Assembly (NCBI GenBank): GCA_021847985.1
Contig: JAJZNF010000193.1
Coordinates: 21,866 to 85,865 of the forward strand
Length of the DNA stretch: 64,000 nucleotides
Reading direction: 5' to 3'
Origin: Actinomycetes bacterium
GTDB lineage: Bacteria > Actinomycetota > Acidimicrobiia > Acidimicrobiales > Acidimicrobiaceae
Within the stretch, counting starts at the first letter, position 1. Each line of letters begins with the position of its first letter. Of this stretch, positions 52,383-62,052 are shown piece by piece. The notes below the pieces were generated by a model. That model made no database searches. It had not been told where the DNA came from and was given only the letters and a program-made list of their open reading frames with translations. The position numbers and the translations under genes are program-made.

Positions 52383-53576
52383 TCACACGATGGTCATGTC
52401 GCGCGAGGAGCGGTTCAGGCTCACGGCATGGTGCTCACCGGTCACGCAGATGTCCTCGATTCGGGCGCCGAAACGGCCCGGGATGTAGATGCCCGGCTCG
52501 ATCGAGAAGGCGGCGTAGGGTCCCAGCGGAAGGTGGTTGCCCGAAGCCACGTAGGGCTCCTCGTGCTCCTCCAGCCCGATACCGTGGCCCGTCCTGTGGA
52601 TGAAATACCGGCCGAAGCCGGCAGCACCGATGGCATCCCTGGCTATCGCGTCCAAGGAGGCGCCACTGATAGCGCTGCTCGCTTCCCGGCGAGCGGCAAC
52701 TTGGGCAACATGCAGGGCGTGGTAGAGCTCGACGAAGCCATCGGGAATCCGCTCGACGACGACCGTGCGCGTGGTGTCCGAACAGTAGCCGGGCTCCTCG
52801 CCCAAGGCGAAGACGCCACCGAAGTCGAGCACAACGGGATCGCCGGCGGAGATCACGCGAGCCCCCGGCTCGTGATGAGGGGAGGCCGAGTTGGGGCCGG
52901 AGCCGACGATGGCAAAGTTGACGCGCTGCAGCCCGTGCGCGACAAGCCGCGCGGAGATGTCCGCCGAGACCTCCCGCTCCGGCTTGCCCAGCAGCGGCAC
53001 CTCTCCCGCCAGTATCTCCTCGGCCACGATGTCGGTGATATGGGCGGCTCGGGCAAGAAGGAGGAGCTCGACGGCATCCTTCTGTCCCCGGAGCGGCGCC
53101 AGCAGGCTGGAAGCGGCCGAGTATGCGGCTCGCGGGGACCGCCGCTGAATCTCCAGCAGTGCGGTAGCCCACATGCGGTCGGAGACCGCGACAGACGCCG
53201 CCTTGCCCAACAAGTCCGCAACCAACTCATAAGGATCGGAGCCCTCGGCCCAAGGCTTCAAACTGAAAAGCCCGTCGTCGGGCCGGACCCTCGGCGCCTC
53301 TAGCTCGGGCACGAACAGAACCGGTGTCTCGCCTCGCGCCACGACCAGCGCCGTCAAGCGTTCGAGTGGCATCGCCTCGTAGCCGGTTAGCCAGGGCAGG
53401 TCGGCACCGAGGGAGAGAACCAGCGCGTCCGTACCGGTCTCCTCCAGCACGCGCTGAACGCCCACGAGCCGAGCGGCGCGTGCTTCGCGGAAGTCCTTCT
53501 CGCTCAAGGCAGCGAGGTGGCCGGCCGCCTCGCCGGCGTCAGAAAGCAGATCTATGGATGGCAATGGATCTTTCAC
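52383..53576 (-). CDS. Xaa-Pro peptidase (M24)
   Basis: GPNSASPHH, DFGG, YCSDTTRT, HRTGHGIGLEEHE, SIEPGIY, RIED; start uncertain. Confidence 0.9.
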   Translation of the reverse strand: MKDPLPSIDLLSDAGEAAGHLAALSEKDFREARAARLVGVQRVLEETGTDALVLSLGADLPWLTGYEAMPLERLTALVVARGETPVLFVPELEAPRVRPDDGLFSLKPWAEGSDPYELVADLLGKAASVAVSDRMWATALLEIQRRSPRAAYSAASSLLAPLRGQKDAVELLLLARAAHITDIVAEEILAGEVPLLGKPEREVSADISARLVAHGLQRVNFAIVGSGPNSASPHHEPGARVISAGDPVVLDFGGVFALGEEPGYCSDTTRTVVVERIPDGFVELYHALHVAQVAARREASSAISGASLDAIARDAIGAAGFGRYFIHRTGHGIGLEEHEEPYVASGNHLPLGPYAAFSIEPGIYIPGRFGARIEDICVTGEHHAVSLNRSSRDMTIV

Positions 53577-53619
53577 GATCAGCACCCTAGCAGCGCAGGG
53601 CGCCGAGAGCGGGGGCCGC

Positions 53620-55911
53620 TCAGTCGATGTGCGCTCGCCGGAAGCCGAAGAGCCGAACCGAATTCCCAACCACGAAAACCGATGAGAAAGCCATGGCGGT
53701 GCCCGCCACGACCGGATTGACCAGACCCAACGCGGCAAGAGGTATCGCCGCAGTGTTATAGGCGAAGGCCCAGAAGAGATTGCCACGAATGGTTCCCAAC
53801 GTGCGCCGAGCGATGCGAACGGCGTCCACAACCCCTGCCACTCCGCCGCCGAACACCGTCAGGTCCGAGGCCTCCTTGGCGACGTCGGTGCCCCCGCCCA
53901 CCGAGATCCCAAGTGTCGCCTTGGCCAGCGCCGCGGCGTCGTTGATGCCGTCCCCGACCATGGCCACGCGCTTCCCTTGTGCGAGAAGCTCGTCGACGAC
54001 CTGCCCCTTCCCTTCCGGTGTGACCTCTGCGATCACCCGGTCCACGGCGAGTTCGCGTCCGACCAACTCAGCGGCTTGACGTGAATCCCCCGTGAGCAGG
54101 ATTACTTCCGCGCCCAAGTGCTTGAGCGCGTTGATCGCGCCGCGCGAGTCGGGCCGAATCTGATCCGCGATCTCGAATACTCCGCGCACCTCACCGCCCC
54201 AGCCTGCGTACACGAGTGAAACCGGCGCTTGCGTACCGGCGGATTCCCGCGTCAGGTCGCCGGGGGCCACGAGGCCGTTGTCCTGGCAATAGGCGAGCTT
54301 TCCGACGACGACCGGGACTTGGTCGACAATGGCCGATACCCCTTGGCCCGCCACCGCCAAGACCGACTTGGCTTCGGGCACGTCCACCTCGAGCTCGTCC
54401 GCGCGCACCATGATCGCCGCGGCGAGCGGATGGCGGCTGCCGGCCTCGGCGGCCGCGGCCATCGCCGTCAGCTCCGCCTCGGTGGTATCCCCCAGAGGAA
54501 TTGCGCGCACGACGGACATGCGCCCGGTAGTGACGGTACCGGTCTTGTCGAGGACGACCGTGTCGATCCTTCGTGCCGACTCAAGGACCTCTGGACCCCT
54601 GATCAGAATGCCCAGTTGAGCTGCACGGCCGGTTCCTACCAGCAGGGCCATCGGTGTTGCAAGGCCCATCGCACAAGGGCAGGCGATAATAAGCACCGCG
54701 ACCGCCGCCGTGAAGGCGGCCTGCACGCTGTCGCCCGTAAAGAAGCGGACCAACGCGGTGCCGATGCTGAGCGCTATCACCACCGGAACGAAGACCGAGG
54801 AGATCCGGTCCACCAGGTGCTGGACCTCGGCCTTCTTCGCCTGAGCATCCGCCACGATCTTGGCCAACTGGGCCATGGCCGTCTCGCTGCCGACGCGAGT
54901 TGCCCGCACGACCAGGCGACCGTCCAGGTTCACCGCGCCACCTACGATTTCGTCGCCCGGGAGTACTCGCCGCGGCAGCGATTCGCCCGTCAGAAGGGAG
55001 AAGTCGACATTTGCCTCTCCTGACTCGACCACGCCGTCGGTCCCGACCTTCTCACCCGCGCGCACCAGGAACCTGTCGCCGACCTTCAGATCGCGGGAAA
55101 CGCGCAGAGTCTCATGCCCGTCCACACCCAGCACCGTTACCGCGACCGACCCGCCCGAGGCAAGGTCCGAGATTGCCGATCCGGACCGGCGCTTGCCCTT
55201 GGCCTCCAGATACCGGCCGAAGAGGATCACCGCCACCACCACCGAAGCCGTCTCGAGGTAGATGTCGGGGTGCATGCGGCTGGTGGCGCCGGTGAATGAG
55301 AAACTCATCCGAAATCCTTGGTCACCAGCCTTGGTGAAGAAAAGCGCGTAGATCGACCAGCCATAGGCCGCCAGCGCTCCCATGGAGATCAGCGTGTCCA
55401 TCGAGAAGGAGAAGTGCTTGAGCGAAGCCCAAGCCGCCTTGTGGAAAGGTAGTCCGCCCCAGAAGACAACCGGGGTGGCAAGAGTAAAGGCGAGCCACTG
55501 CCAATTCCGGAACTCCAGCTGAGGAATCATCGAGAGCAGCAGGACCGGCACGGCGAGCATGGCGGAGAATACGAGACGCTGGAGCAGCTCAGAGGCGTGA
55601 TCGTGTGAGCGCGCCGTCCCGGCGGCCGCTTCCTCCTCAGGCTCTTCCTTCACCAGTTCGGCGCCGTAACCGATCGCTGTCACCGCGGCCAGCATGTCTT
55701 CGGTGCTGACTACCGCCGGATCGAAGGTGACGCTCGCCTTTTCAGTGGCGAAGTTCACCGTCGCACTCGCACCGGGCAGCTTGTTCAGCTTCTTCTCGAT
55801 CCGGGCCGCGCAGCTCGCGCAGGTCATCCCCTGCAAGTCGAGCTCGACCTGGTCCAGCTTCACCAGCCCCCTGGCATCTCCCAGTTCTGCACCGGACTCG
55901 ACCTTGGTCAT
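53620..55911 (-). CDS. copA: Cu(I)-translocating P1B-type ATPase
   Basis: GMTCASC, TGES, CPC, DKTGT, HP, GDGIND, YN and MAFSS Cu(I) ligands. Confidence 0.93.
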   Translation of the reverse strand: MTKVESGAELGDARGLVKLDQVELDLQGMTCASCAARIEKKLNKLPGASATVNFATEKASVTFDPAVVSTEDMLAAVTAIGYGAELVKEEPEEEAAAGTARSHDHASELLQRLVFSAMLAVPVLLLSMIPQLEFRNWQWLAFTLATPVVFWGGLPFHKAAWASLKHFSFSMDTLISMGALAAYGWSIYALFFTKAGDQGFRMSFSFTGATSRMHPDIYLETASVVVAVILFGRYLEAKGKRRSGSAISDLASGGSVAVTVLGVDGHETLRVSRDLKVGDRFLVRAGEKVGTDGVVESGEANVDFSLLTGESLPRRVLPGDEIVGGAVNLDGRLVVRATRVGSETAMAQLAKIVADAQAKKAEVQHLVDRISSVFVPVVIALSIGTALVRFFTGDSVQAAFTAAVAVLIIACPCAMGLATPMALLVGTGRAAQLGILIRGPEVLESARRIDTVVLDKTGTVTTGRMSVVRAIPLGDTTEAELTAMAAAAEAGSRHPLAAAIMVRADELEVDVPEAKSVLAVAGQGVSAIVDQVPVVVGKLAYCQDNGLVAPGDLTRESAGTQAPVSLVYAGWGGEVRGVFEIADQIRPDSRGAINALKHLGAEVILLTGDSRQAAELVGRELAVDRVIAEVTPEGKGQVVDELLAQGKRVAMVGDGINDAAALAKATLGISVGGGTDVAKEASDLTVFGGGVAGVVDAVRIARRTLGTIRGNLFWAFAYNTAAIPLAALGLVNPVVAGTAMAFSSVFVVGNSVRLFGFRRAHID

Positions 55912-55919
55912 AGCCCGCC

Positions 55920-56132
55920 CTATTCGGTGACCGCGAGCGCCTCGTAACCCGCTTCGTCTATCGCGGCAACGATGGCCGCGTCGTCCAGCGAATCACCATC
56001 TACGGTGACCAGCTTGGTGTCTAGGTTGACGTCGAATTTGGCAACGCCGGGCACTTGGGACAGTTCGTCGGACACGGCCTTTACGCAGTGTTGGCAGGTC
56101 ATTCCGTCGACGCGGTAAACCTTGGTAGCCAT
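55920..56132 (-). CDS. copZ: Copper chaperone CopZ
   Basis: GMTCQHC, AIDEAGY, 70 aa. Confidence 0.92.
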   Translation of the reverse strand: MATKVYRVDGMTCQHCVKAVSDELSQVPGVAKFDVNLDTKLVTVDGDSLDDAAIVAAIDEAGYEALAVTE

Positions 56133-56153
56133 CTACCTCTCCTTCTTTGGGAT

Positions 56154-56176
56154 TTACCCTACCCCCCTAGAGTATA
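56154..56176. promoter_or_regulatory. CsoR operator
   Basis: TTACCC-TACCCCCCTAGAGTATA, a TAC-C-tract-GTA pseudo-palindrome between divergent copZ and csoR. Confidence 0.7.
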
Positions 56177-56221
56177 CTTTTCCCGGGAACCACGCAAAGC
56201 AAAGATCGGGACGGAGGCGCA

Positions 56222-56545
56222 ATGGAGCAGGAGACCGAACACGCCGTCGAAGCGGAAGGCCACGTACAACGCGGCTACACGGCCTCCAAGGACGACCTGC
56301 TCTCCAGGCTGGCCAAGATCGAAGGCCAGATCCGCGGCATAAGCAGGATGGTGGACAACGACCGCTACTGCATCGACATCATTACTCAGATCTCCGCCGT
56401 GCAGGCGGCGCTCGGCAAAGTGGAGCTAAGCCTCCTAGAGGGACATATGCTCCACTGCCTGCTCGGCCACGGCGGCGGGCCGGACACCCCCGAAGCCCAG
56501 ACCGCCGAGGTCATGAGCGTCGTCGCCCGGATGATGTCGAAGTAG
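56222..56545 (+). CDS. csoR: Copper-sensing repressor CsoR
   Basis: RLAKIEGQIRGI, YCIDI, HMLHC (C-H-C Cu ligands). Confidence 0.92.
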   Translation: MEQETEHAVEAEGHVQRGYTASKDDLLSRLAKIEGQIRGISRMVDNDRYCIDIITQISAVQAALGKVELSLLEGHMLHCLLGHGGGPDTPEAQTAEVMSVVARMMSK

Positions 56546-56555
56546 GACGCGAAGC

Positions 56556-58193
56556 TCAGCTCAGCACGACAAGCCCGTCGGCCGCCTGCCTGGCGTGATA
56601 CGACGAGCGGGTGTTGGGCGACGACTCGACGTGGCGAATGCCGAGCGCCTCCCCGTATGCCTTCAGCTCCGCAAATTCCTTGGGCGTGTACCACCGCGCA
56701 ACGGGCAAGTGCTTCCTCGTCGGACGCAGGTACTGACCAATGGTGACGATCTCGACTCCCACCGCCGCCAGATCGCGCAGTGTCGCCCTGAGCTCATCCA
56801 TGGTCTCGCCCATGCCTACGATTATCCCCGACTTGGCGACGAGCCCTTTGTCCACGGCGCCCGCAAGCACGCGCAAGCTGCGCGCGTAGGACGCCTGCGG
56901 CCTGACGGCGCGCTGGAGCCGCACCACCGTTTCGACGTTGTGGTTCAGGACTTCCGGCCGGGCGTCGTATATCGCCGAAAGCGCCTCCTCGTTCCCTTTG
57001 CAGTCGGGAATGAGCACTTCCACGCTCACCCCGGAGGTGCGCTGGCGAATCTCGGTGATCGCGTTGACGAAGCCGCTGATCCCGCCATCCTCGAGGTCGT
57101 CACGCGCGACGGCGGTGATCACCGCAAAGCGAAGCCCCATCTCCTCGACCGCGGCCGCAACACGGCGCGGCTCGTCAGGATCCATCGGTTTGGGCTTGTC
57201 GGTCTTCACCAGGCAGAACCCGCACGAGCGTGTGCAATCCTCACCGTTGATCATGAAGGTGGCGGTGCCCTGCGACCAGCATTCAAAGATGTTCGGGCAA
57301 CCTGCCTCCTCGCACACCGTCACCAGCGAAAGGCCACGCATGGTGCGCTTGAGTTCCTGGTACTCCCCACCCATGTTGGAGCGGAGCTTGACCCATTCGG
57401 GCTTCGATGAGGAGATGGCAATGCCTTCCGCCGTCGAAACGCCGGCGCTGGCAAGACGCCTGTCCAGGGAGCGTTCCGCTGCGGTCACCTTGGCGGGTTC
57501 GGCGCGAACAATCTCCCCGCTCCCATCTTCAGTCAGGTAGCCGGTGGAGGAGGAAACGCCAAAGAAGCTGTGGGTGGGACGATCGAACACCTCTGGAGCC
57601 AGCTCGGCCACCGATGCGACGACCTCCTCCATCGTGGCCGGGGACCCCTCGGCCTCCATGGAGGTGACCTCGTATTCCGCAATGCCACACGGAACTATGT
57701 GGCCAAACATGCCGAGGTCCGGGGATACGTTGAGGGCGAAACCGTGCATGGAGCGCCCGCGGCTGATGCGAACCCCGATCGCCGCGATCTTCTTGAGCCT
57801 CCCATCCGCGGACCACGTCCAAACCCCGGGAAATCCCTCGTGCCGCACGCCGGTGATGCCGTGGCGCGCCAGGGCGCGGATGACCAGCTCCTCGACCTTG
57901 CCCACGAATTCCGGCGTTGCGTTGCTCCGAAGCGGGACGTCGAGTATTGGATATCCCACCAGCTGGCCCGGGCCGTGGTAGGTGACATCACCTCCGCGAT
58001 CGACGCTGACCATCTCCGCCCCTACGGTGGCCGGGTCAACAAGAATGTGGGCTGGATCCGTCCTCACTCCGAGTGTGTACACATGGTTGTGCTCCAGCAA
58101 CAGCAGATGCTCCGCCGAACCGGCGAACAGCCGGTGCTGCAGCACATACGCGTCGGAGTAGGCAACCTTGCCGAGCCAACGGATCTCGAGCAC
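56556..58193 (-). CDS. lipA: Fused octanoyltransferase LipB - lipoyl synthase LipA
   Basis: LipB: LLEHNHVYTLG, RGGDVTYHGPGQ, KIAAIG, PCG. LipA: CEEAGCPNIFEC, CTRSCGFC, NHNVETV, RSSY. GTG 58193 with AGGAGG. Confidence 0.92.
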   Translation of the reverse strand: MLEIRWLGKVAYSDAYVLQHRLFAGSAEHLLLLEHNHVYTLGVRTDPAHILVDPATVGAEMVSVDRGGDVTYHGPGQLVGYPILDVPLRSNATPEFVGKVEELVIRALARHGITGVRHEGFPGVWTWSADGRLKKIAAIGVRISRGRSMHGFALNVSPDLGMFGHIVPCGIAEYEVTSMEAEGSPATMEEVVASVAELAPEVFDRPTHSFFGVSSSTGYLTEDGSGEIVRAEPAKVTAAERSLDRRLASAGVSTAEGIAISSSKPEWVKLRSNMGGEYQELKRTMRGLSLVTVCEEAGCPNIFECWSQGTATFMINGEDCTRSCGFCLVKTDKPKPMDPDEPRRVAAAVEEMGLRFAVITAVARDDLEDGGISGFVNAITEIRQRTSGVSVEVLIPDCKGNEEALSAIYDARPEVLNHNVETVVRLQRAVRPQASYARSLRVLAGAVDKGLVAKSGIIVGMGETMDELRATLRDLAAVGVEIVTIGQYLRPTRKHLPVARWYTPKEFAELKAYGEALGIRHVESSPNTRSSYHARQAADGLVVLS

Positions 58194-58291
58194 TTCGCCT
58201 CCTAGTGTCGCAGACTCCCCGCCGCGCATACATGGGCGCACGGGAAATGTGCGCCGGGGCCGAGCAGCCCCGGCGTCTGAGAGAACCTGAG

Positions 58292-59791
58292 CTAGAACTC
58301 CTGGGCCCAGTTCCAGGTCTCGATAATCTCCTTCATGCGGGCCAAGAAGGCCGCTGCATAGGCCCCATCGATCACGCGGTGGTCGAAGGTGAGGGCCAGC
58401 ACTCCCACTGAATGGATGGCGATGCTCTCGGTGCCATCCGGCAGGGCCACCACCACCGGCTTGCGCTTCACCCCATCCGTGGACAGGATCGCCACCTGAG
58501 GCTGGTTGATGATAGGCGCAGTGATGAAGGTGCCGTACGGACCGGGGTTGGTGATGGTGAAAGTGCCTCCTGCCAGCTCATCGGCGCTCAGCCTCTTCGA
58601 GCGCGCGCGGGTCGCCAGGTCGCGAATCTCGCGCGCCAAGCCCTTCAGCCTCTTCTGGTCCGCCTCCTTTATCACCGGGGCGATCAAGCCGTCCAGATCC
58701 AGGTCGACGGCGATCGACAGGTTCAGGTCCCTGTGGACGACAAGAGCATCGTCGCCCACCGACGCGTTCAGGTGCGGGAAGGTGCGCAGCGCCTCCACCG
58801 TGGCTCGGGCGATAAACGGCAGGTAGGTGAGCGAGAATCCCTCTTCACGCGCGAAGGATTCCTTCAGCGCATTGCGGACCCTTTCCACCGGCTCAAAATC
58901 CACTTCGATCGCAACCAGCGTGTGCGCAGATGTGGCACGCGACCGGATCATGTGCTCTGCGGTGCGACGACGGATATTGCTGAACGGGATCACCTCGTCC
59001 CGAGCACCTGCGGCTACGGGGGTGTACGCCTCCGCCCGAACTGCCGGCTGGAGCACCTGCGCGGGGGCGGGCTGCGAAGGAGCGCGGACCGGCTCAGCGA
59101 CGGGTGCAGCCGCGGCTGCAGCAGGGGCAGGGGCAGGGGCAGGGGCTGCCGCGGGAGCGGCGGCCGGCTGTCCCTGGGCCAGACGGTCAAGATAGTCAAG
59201 CACGTCGTTCCGGGTTATTCGACCACCGGCACCGGTCCCGGTTATCCGGGTCGGATCAATGCCGTTCTCGTCTATCAGACGGCGGACGACCGGCGACAAG
59301 ACCATGCCCTCTATGCGAGGTGCAGCAGCCGGGGCAGGGGCCGGGGCGGGCTCGGCTACCGGGGCCGGAGCAGGCTCAGGGGCGGCCTGAGGCGCGGGGG
59401 CCGGGGCCGGGGCGGGCTCAGCTACCGGGGCCGGAGCAGGCTCAGGGGCGGCCTGAGGCGCGGGGGCCGGAGCAGGCTCAGGGACCGACTCAGGCGCGGG
59501 GGCCGGGGCAGGCTCAGGGACCGACTCAGGCGCGGGGGCCGGCGCTGCCGCGCCAGGAGAATCGGACAGGACCGCGATCACCGTTCCCACAGCGACCGTG
59601 TCGCCTTCTTGGGCGAGTATCTGGGTGAGATAGCCGCTCGCCGTCGAGGGGACCTCGGAATCGACCTTGTCGGTCGAGACCTCGAACAGTATCTCGTCTA
59701 TGGCGACCTTGTCACCGACCTGCTTCAGCCATTTTGTGATTGTTCCCTCAGTGACGGTCTCACCGAGTTGCGGCATTACCACGTCAGCCAA
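58292..59791 (-). CDS. 2-oxoacid dehydrogenase E2 dihydrolipoamide acyltransferase (DlaT/SucB-like)
   Basis: Lipoyl domain STDKVD, E3-binding SPVVRRL...GRIT, catalytic FDHRVIDG. Confidence 0.93.
   Translation of the reverse strand: MADVVMPQLGETVTEGTITKWLKQVGDKVAIDEILFEVSTDKVDSEVPSTASGYLTQILAQEGDTVAVGTVIAVLSDSPGAAAPAPAPESVPEPAPAPAPESVPEPAPAPAPQAAPEPAPAPVAEPAPAPAPAPQAAPEPAPAPVAEPAPAPAPAAAPRIEGMVLSPVVRRLIDENGIDPTRITGTGAGGRITRNDVLDYLDRLAQGQPAAAPAAAPAPAPAPAAAAAAPVAEPVRAPSQPAPAQVLQPAVRAEAYTPVAAGARDEVIPFSNIRRRTAEHMIRSRATSAHTLVAIEVDFEPVERVRNALKESFAREEGFSLTYLPFIARATVEALRTFPHLNASVGDDALVVHRDLNLSIAVDLDLDGLIAPVIKEADQKRLKGLAREIRDLATRARSKRLSADELAGGTFTITNPGPYGTFITAPIINQPQVAILSTDGVKRKPVVVALPDGTESIAIHSVGVLALTFDHRVIDGAYAAAFLARMKEIIETWNWAQEF
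59330..59545. repeat. Coding tandem repeats in the Pro/Ala linker of E2
   Basis: Two near-identical 66-bp units (QAAPEPAPAPVAEPAPAPAPAP) and two 36-bp units (PESVPEPAPAPA). Confidence 0.85.
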
Positions 59792-61184
59792 CGTGAAGTC
59801 CCCTTCCTGTCAATGCGATTACTGTCTCCCCGAAAGACTCAGAAAGAGTCGGGTGCGGCTGTATGAACTGGGCAACCTCTTCGGGCGTAGCCTCCCAGTT
59901 GACCGCCAAATATCCCATGCCCAGCTGCTCGGTGACCCACGGCCCTGCCATATGCACGCCGAGGATTCTTCCGGCGCTGCCATCCGCCTTTCGCTCGGCG
60001 ATGACCTTTACCACCCCTTCGGTCTCGCCGATTATGCGGGCGCGCGAGTTCCCGCCAAACGGGTCCTTCTTGACGACGACGTCATAACCGGCTGCGCGAG
60101 CGGCTTCCTCCGTCAAGCCGGCGAAAGCCACCTCGGGATGGGTGTAGATGCACCATGGCACCTTGCCGTAATCGATGGGCACGACAGGCTCGTCCAGGAT
60201 CGACTTAATGGCGACGATTGCCTCGGCGAACCCCACGTGAGCAAGCTGGGCCGTGGCCACCACATCCCCGATTGCGTAGACGCCGGGCTCGGAGGTCGAC
60301 ATGTATTCGTCCACCGCCACGAAGCCCCTGGCGTCGAGCTGAACCTTGGCATCAGGGCCGAGCACGCCCTCCGTGAAGGGGCGACGGCCGACCGAGACGA
60401 TGATCCGGTCCACCTCCACGCTCTGCCCTTCTCCGAAACTCACGATCGTCCCTGCGCCACTGGGTTGATGCCCGTTGACGGCCACACCAACGTGAACGTC
60501 GATTCCCCGCTTGCGGAACGAGCGGGCCACCACGTCGGCGGCATCCTTATCGCATCCCGCCAGAATGGAGGGCAGTGCTTCGAGCAGGGTGACCTTGACA
60601 CCGAGGTCCGACATCATGGATGCGAACTCGCATCCGATCGCCCCTCCGCCGATCACCGCAACGCTCGAAGGCAGCTCGGTCAGCGATAGCACCTCGTCAG
60701 AGGTCATCACCAGGCGGCCATCCACTTCGAAGCCCGGTATCGTCCGTGGCAGCGAACCGGAGGCGATGATCACGTTGTCGCCGGAAACGACCTCATCCCC
60801 GTTGATCTGCACCTGTCCGGCGCCCAGGTAGGTGCCGAACCCCTCGATGATCTCGATCTTACGGCCCTTCATAAGGCCCGAAAGCCCCCGCCAGAGCTGG
60901 TCGACAACTTTCTGCTTACGGGTCTGGGTGATGGAGAAGTCAATGGCCGGGCTGGAAGAAAGCACTCCGAACTCGGCGGCGCCTGCCACGGTACGATAGA
61001 CCGCGGCGCTCTCCAGGAACTCCTTTGCCGGTATGCAGCCTCTATGCAAGCACGTGCCGCCCACCTTTTCCTTCTCGATGACGGCCACCGAAAGCCCGGC
61101 ACTGGCGCCGTAAAGCGCAGCGGCATAGCCCCCGGGGCCGCCGCCGATCACGACGACGTCATAGCTACGAGACGTCGGAACCAC
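59784..61184 (-). CDS. lpd: Dihydrolipoamide dehydrogenase (E3)
   Basis: GGGPGGY, GGTCLHRGCIPAK, GGGAIGCE, HPTLSE. Confidence 0.95.
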   Translation of the reverse strand: MVPTSRSYDVVVIGGGPGGYAAALYGASAGLSVAVIEKEKVGGTCLHRGCIPAKEFLESAAVYRTVAGAAEFGVLSSSPAIDFSITQTRKQKVVDQLWRGLSGLMKGRKIEIIEGFGTYLGAGQVQINGDEVVSGDNVIIASGSLPRTIPGFEVDGRLVMTSDEVLSLTELPSSVAVIGGGAIGCEFASMMSDLGVKVTLLEALPSILAGCDKDAADVVARSFRKRGIDVHVGVAVNGHQPSGAGTIVSFGEGQSVEVDRIIVSVGRRPFTEGVLGPDAKVQLDARGFVAVDEYMSTSEPGVYAIGDVVATAQLAHVGFAEAIVAIKSILDEPVVPIDYGKVPWCIYTHPEVAFAGLTEEAARAAGYDVVVKKDPFGGNSRARIIGETEGVVKVIAERKADGSAGRILGVHMAGPWVTEQLGMGYLAVNWEATPEEVAQFIQPHPTLSESFGETVIALTGRGLHVG

Positions 61185-61362
61185 CTCCCTGGCGGCGAGC
61201 CGCAGCGCCGCGCTCGAGGCGCGACGATGGCCTATGGCCGCATTAACAAATCTGTGCCTTCACTCTATGCCCGCAACCTGCCTTTAGCCAAAACAATTGA
61301 CCTGCACTGCAGCCTTTCTCCCCAGGGCCGAGGCTGGTCTATATACGGCCACTGCGGCACAT

Positions 61363-62007
61363 TTATTCGTCGGCTCCCAAGCCCAGTCGCTTGACGTATC
61401 CCCAACTTCTTCGGTGGATTGCACTCAGGCCGTACTCGATCAGTGCCGTCTCGTGCGCGCGGGAACCATACCCTTTGTGGGTGGCAAAGCCCCAAGCCGG
61501 CATCAACAAGCCGGCTTCGCGCATGAGCGAGTCCCTCCCGACCTTGGCGACCAGCGAGGCGGCGGCCACCGGCGCCGAGCGCGAATCCCCCTTCACCAGC
61601 GTCACGACCCCGGGACGCGCCAAGTAGTCATGCTTGCCGTCAAGAATCGTGAGCCGGGGAGCCAATCCCAATGAGGCGAACGCGCGCTCGGCTGCCCGGT
61701 GAAGGGCGGCCGTCATGCCCAGGTCGTCGCACTCTCCGGCGGAGGCGATCCCAAAGCCCGTGAAGAAGTGACGCTCCACCAGTGGAAGAAGCGACTCTCG
61801 CCAAGCCGGGCTCAACCCCTTGGAGTCGTCCAAGTGCTCCTTCACCCACCGCTCGCAAAGCAACTTTTCCAGATCCTTGGCGGCTACGGCGGCCACCCCG
61901 ACAGCGACGGGTCCGGCCCACGAGCCGCGTCCGGCCTCGTCCACACCCGCAACCAGGTCAGAGGGCCCGAGCAATGCCGCCAGCCCCGCGGTGACGCTAT
62001 CGATCAT
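61363..62007 (-). CDS. rnhB: Ribonuclease HII
   Basis: GVDEAGRG..AGPV, DSK, DG, KGD, AAASLVAKVGRD, HKGYG. Confidence 0.92.
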   Translation of the reverse strand: MIDSVTAGLAALLGPSDLVAGVDEAGRGSWAGPVAVGVAAVAAKDLEKLLCERWVKEHLDDSKGLSPAWRESLLPLVERHFFTGFGIASAGECDDLGMTAALHRAAERAFASLGLAPRLTILDGKHDYLARPGVVTLVKGDSRSAPVAAASLVAKVGRDSLMREAGLLMPAWGFATHKGYGSRAHETALIEYGLSAIHRRSWGYVKRLGLGADE

Positions 62008-62052
62008 CAGCGCCTCCCCTGTGGCGCGAAGGACGCACGATCACGGGTGGCC

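Noticed and set aside
59100-59545. Repeats considered as a CRISPR array
   Set aside because: No unique spacers, in-frame coding repeats, no cas genes
58412-59866. 484-aa Arg/Gly-repeat ORF on the + strand
   Set aside because: Antisense reading of the E2 gene and its Pro/Ala linker
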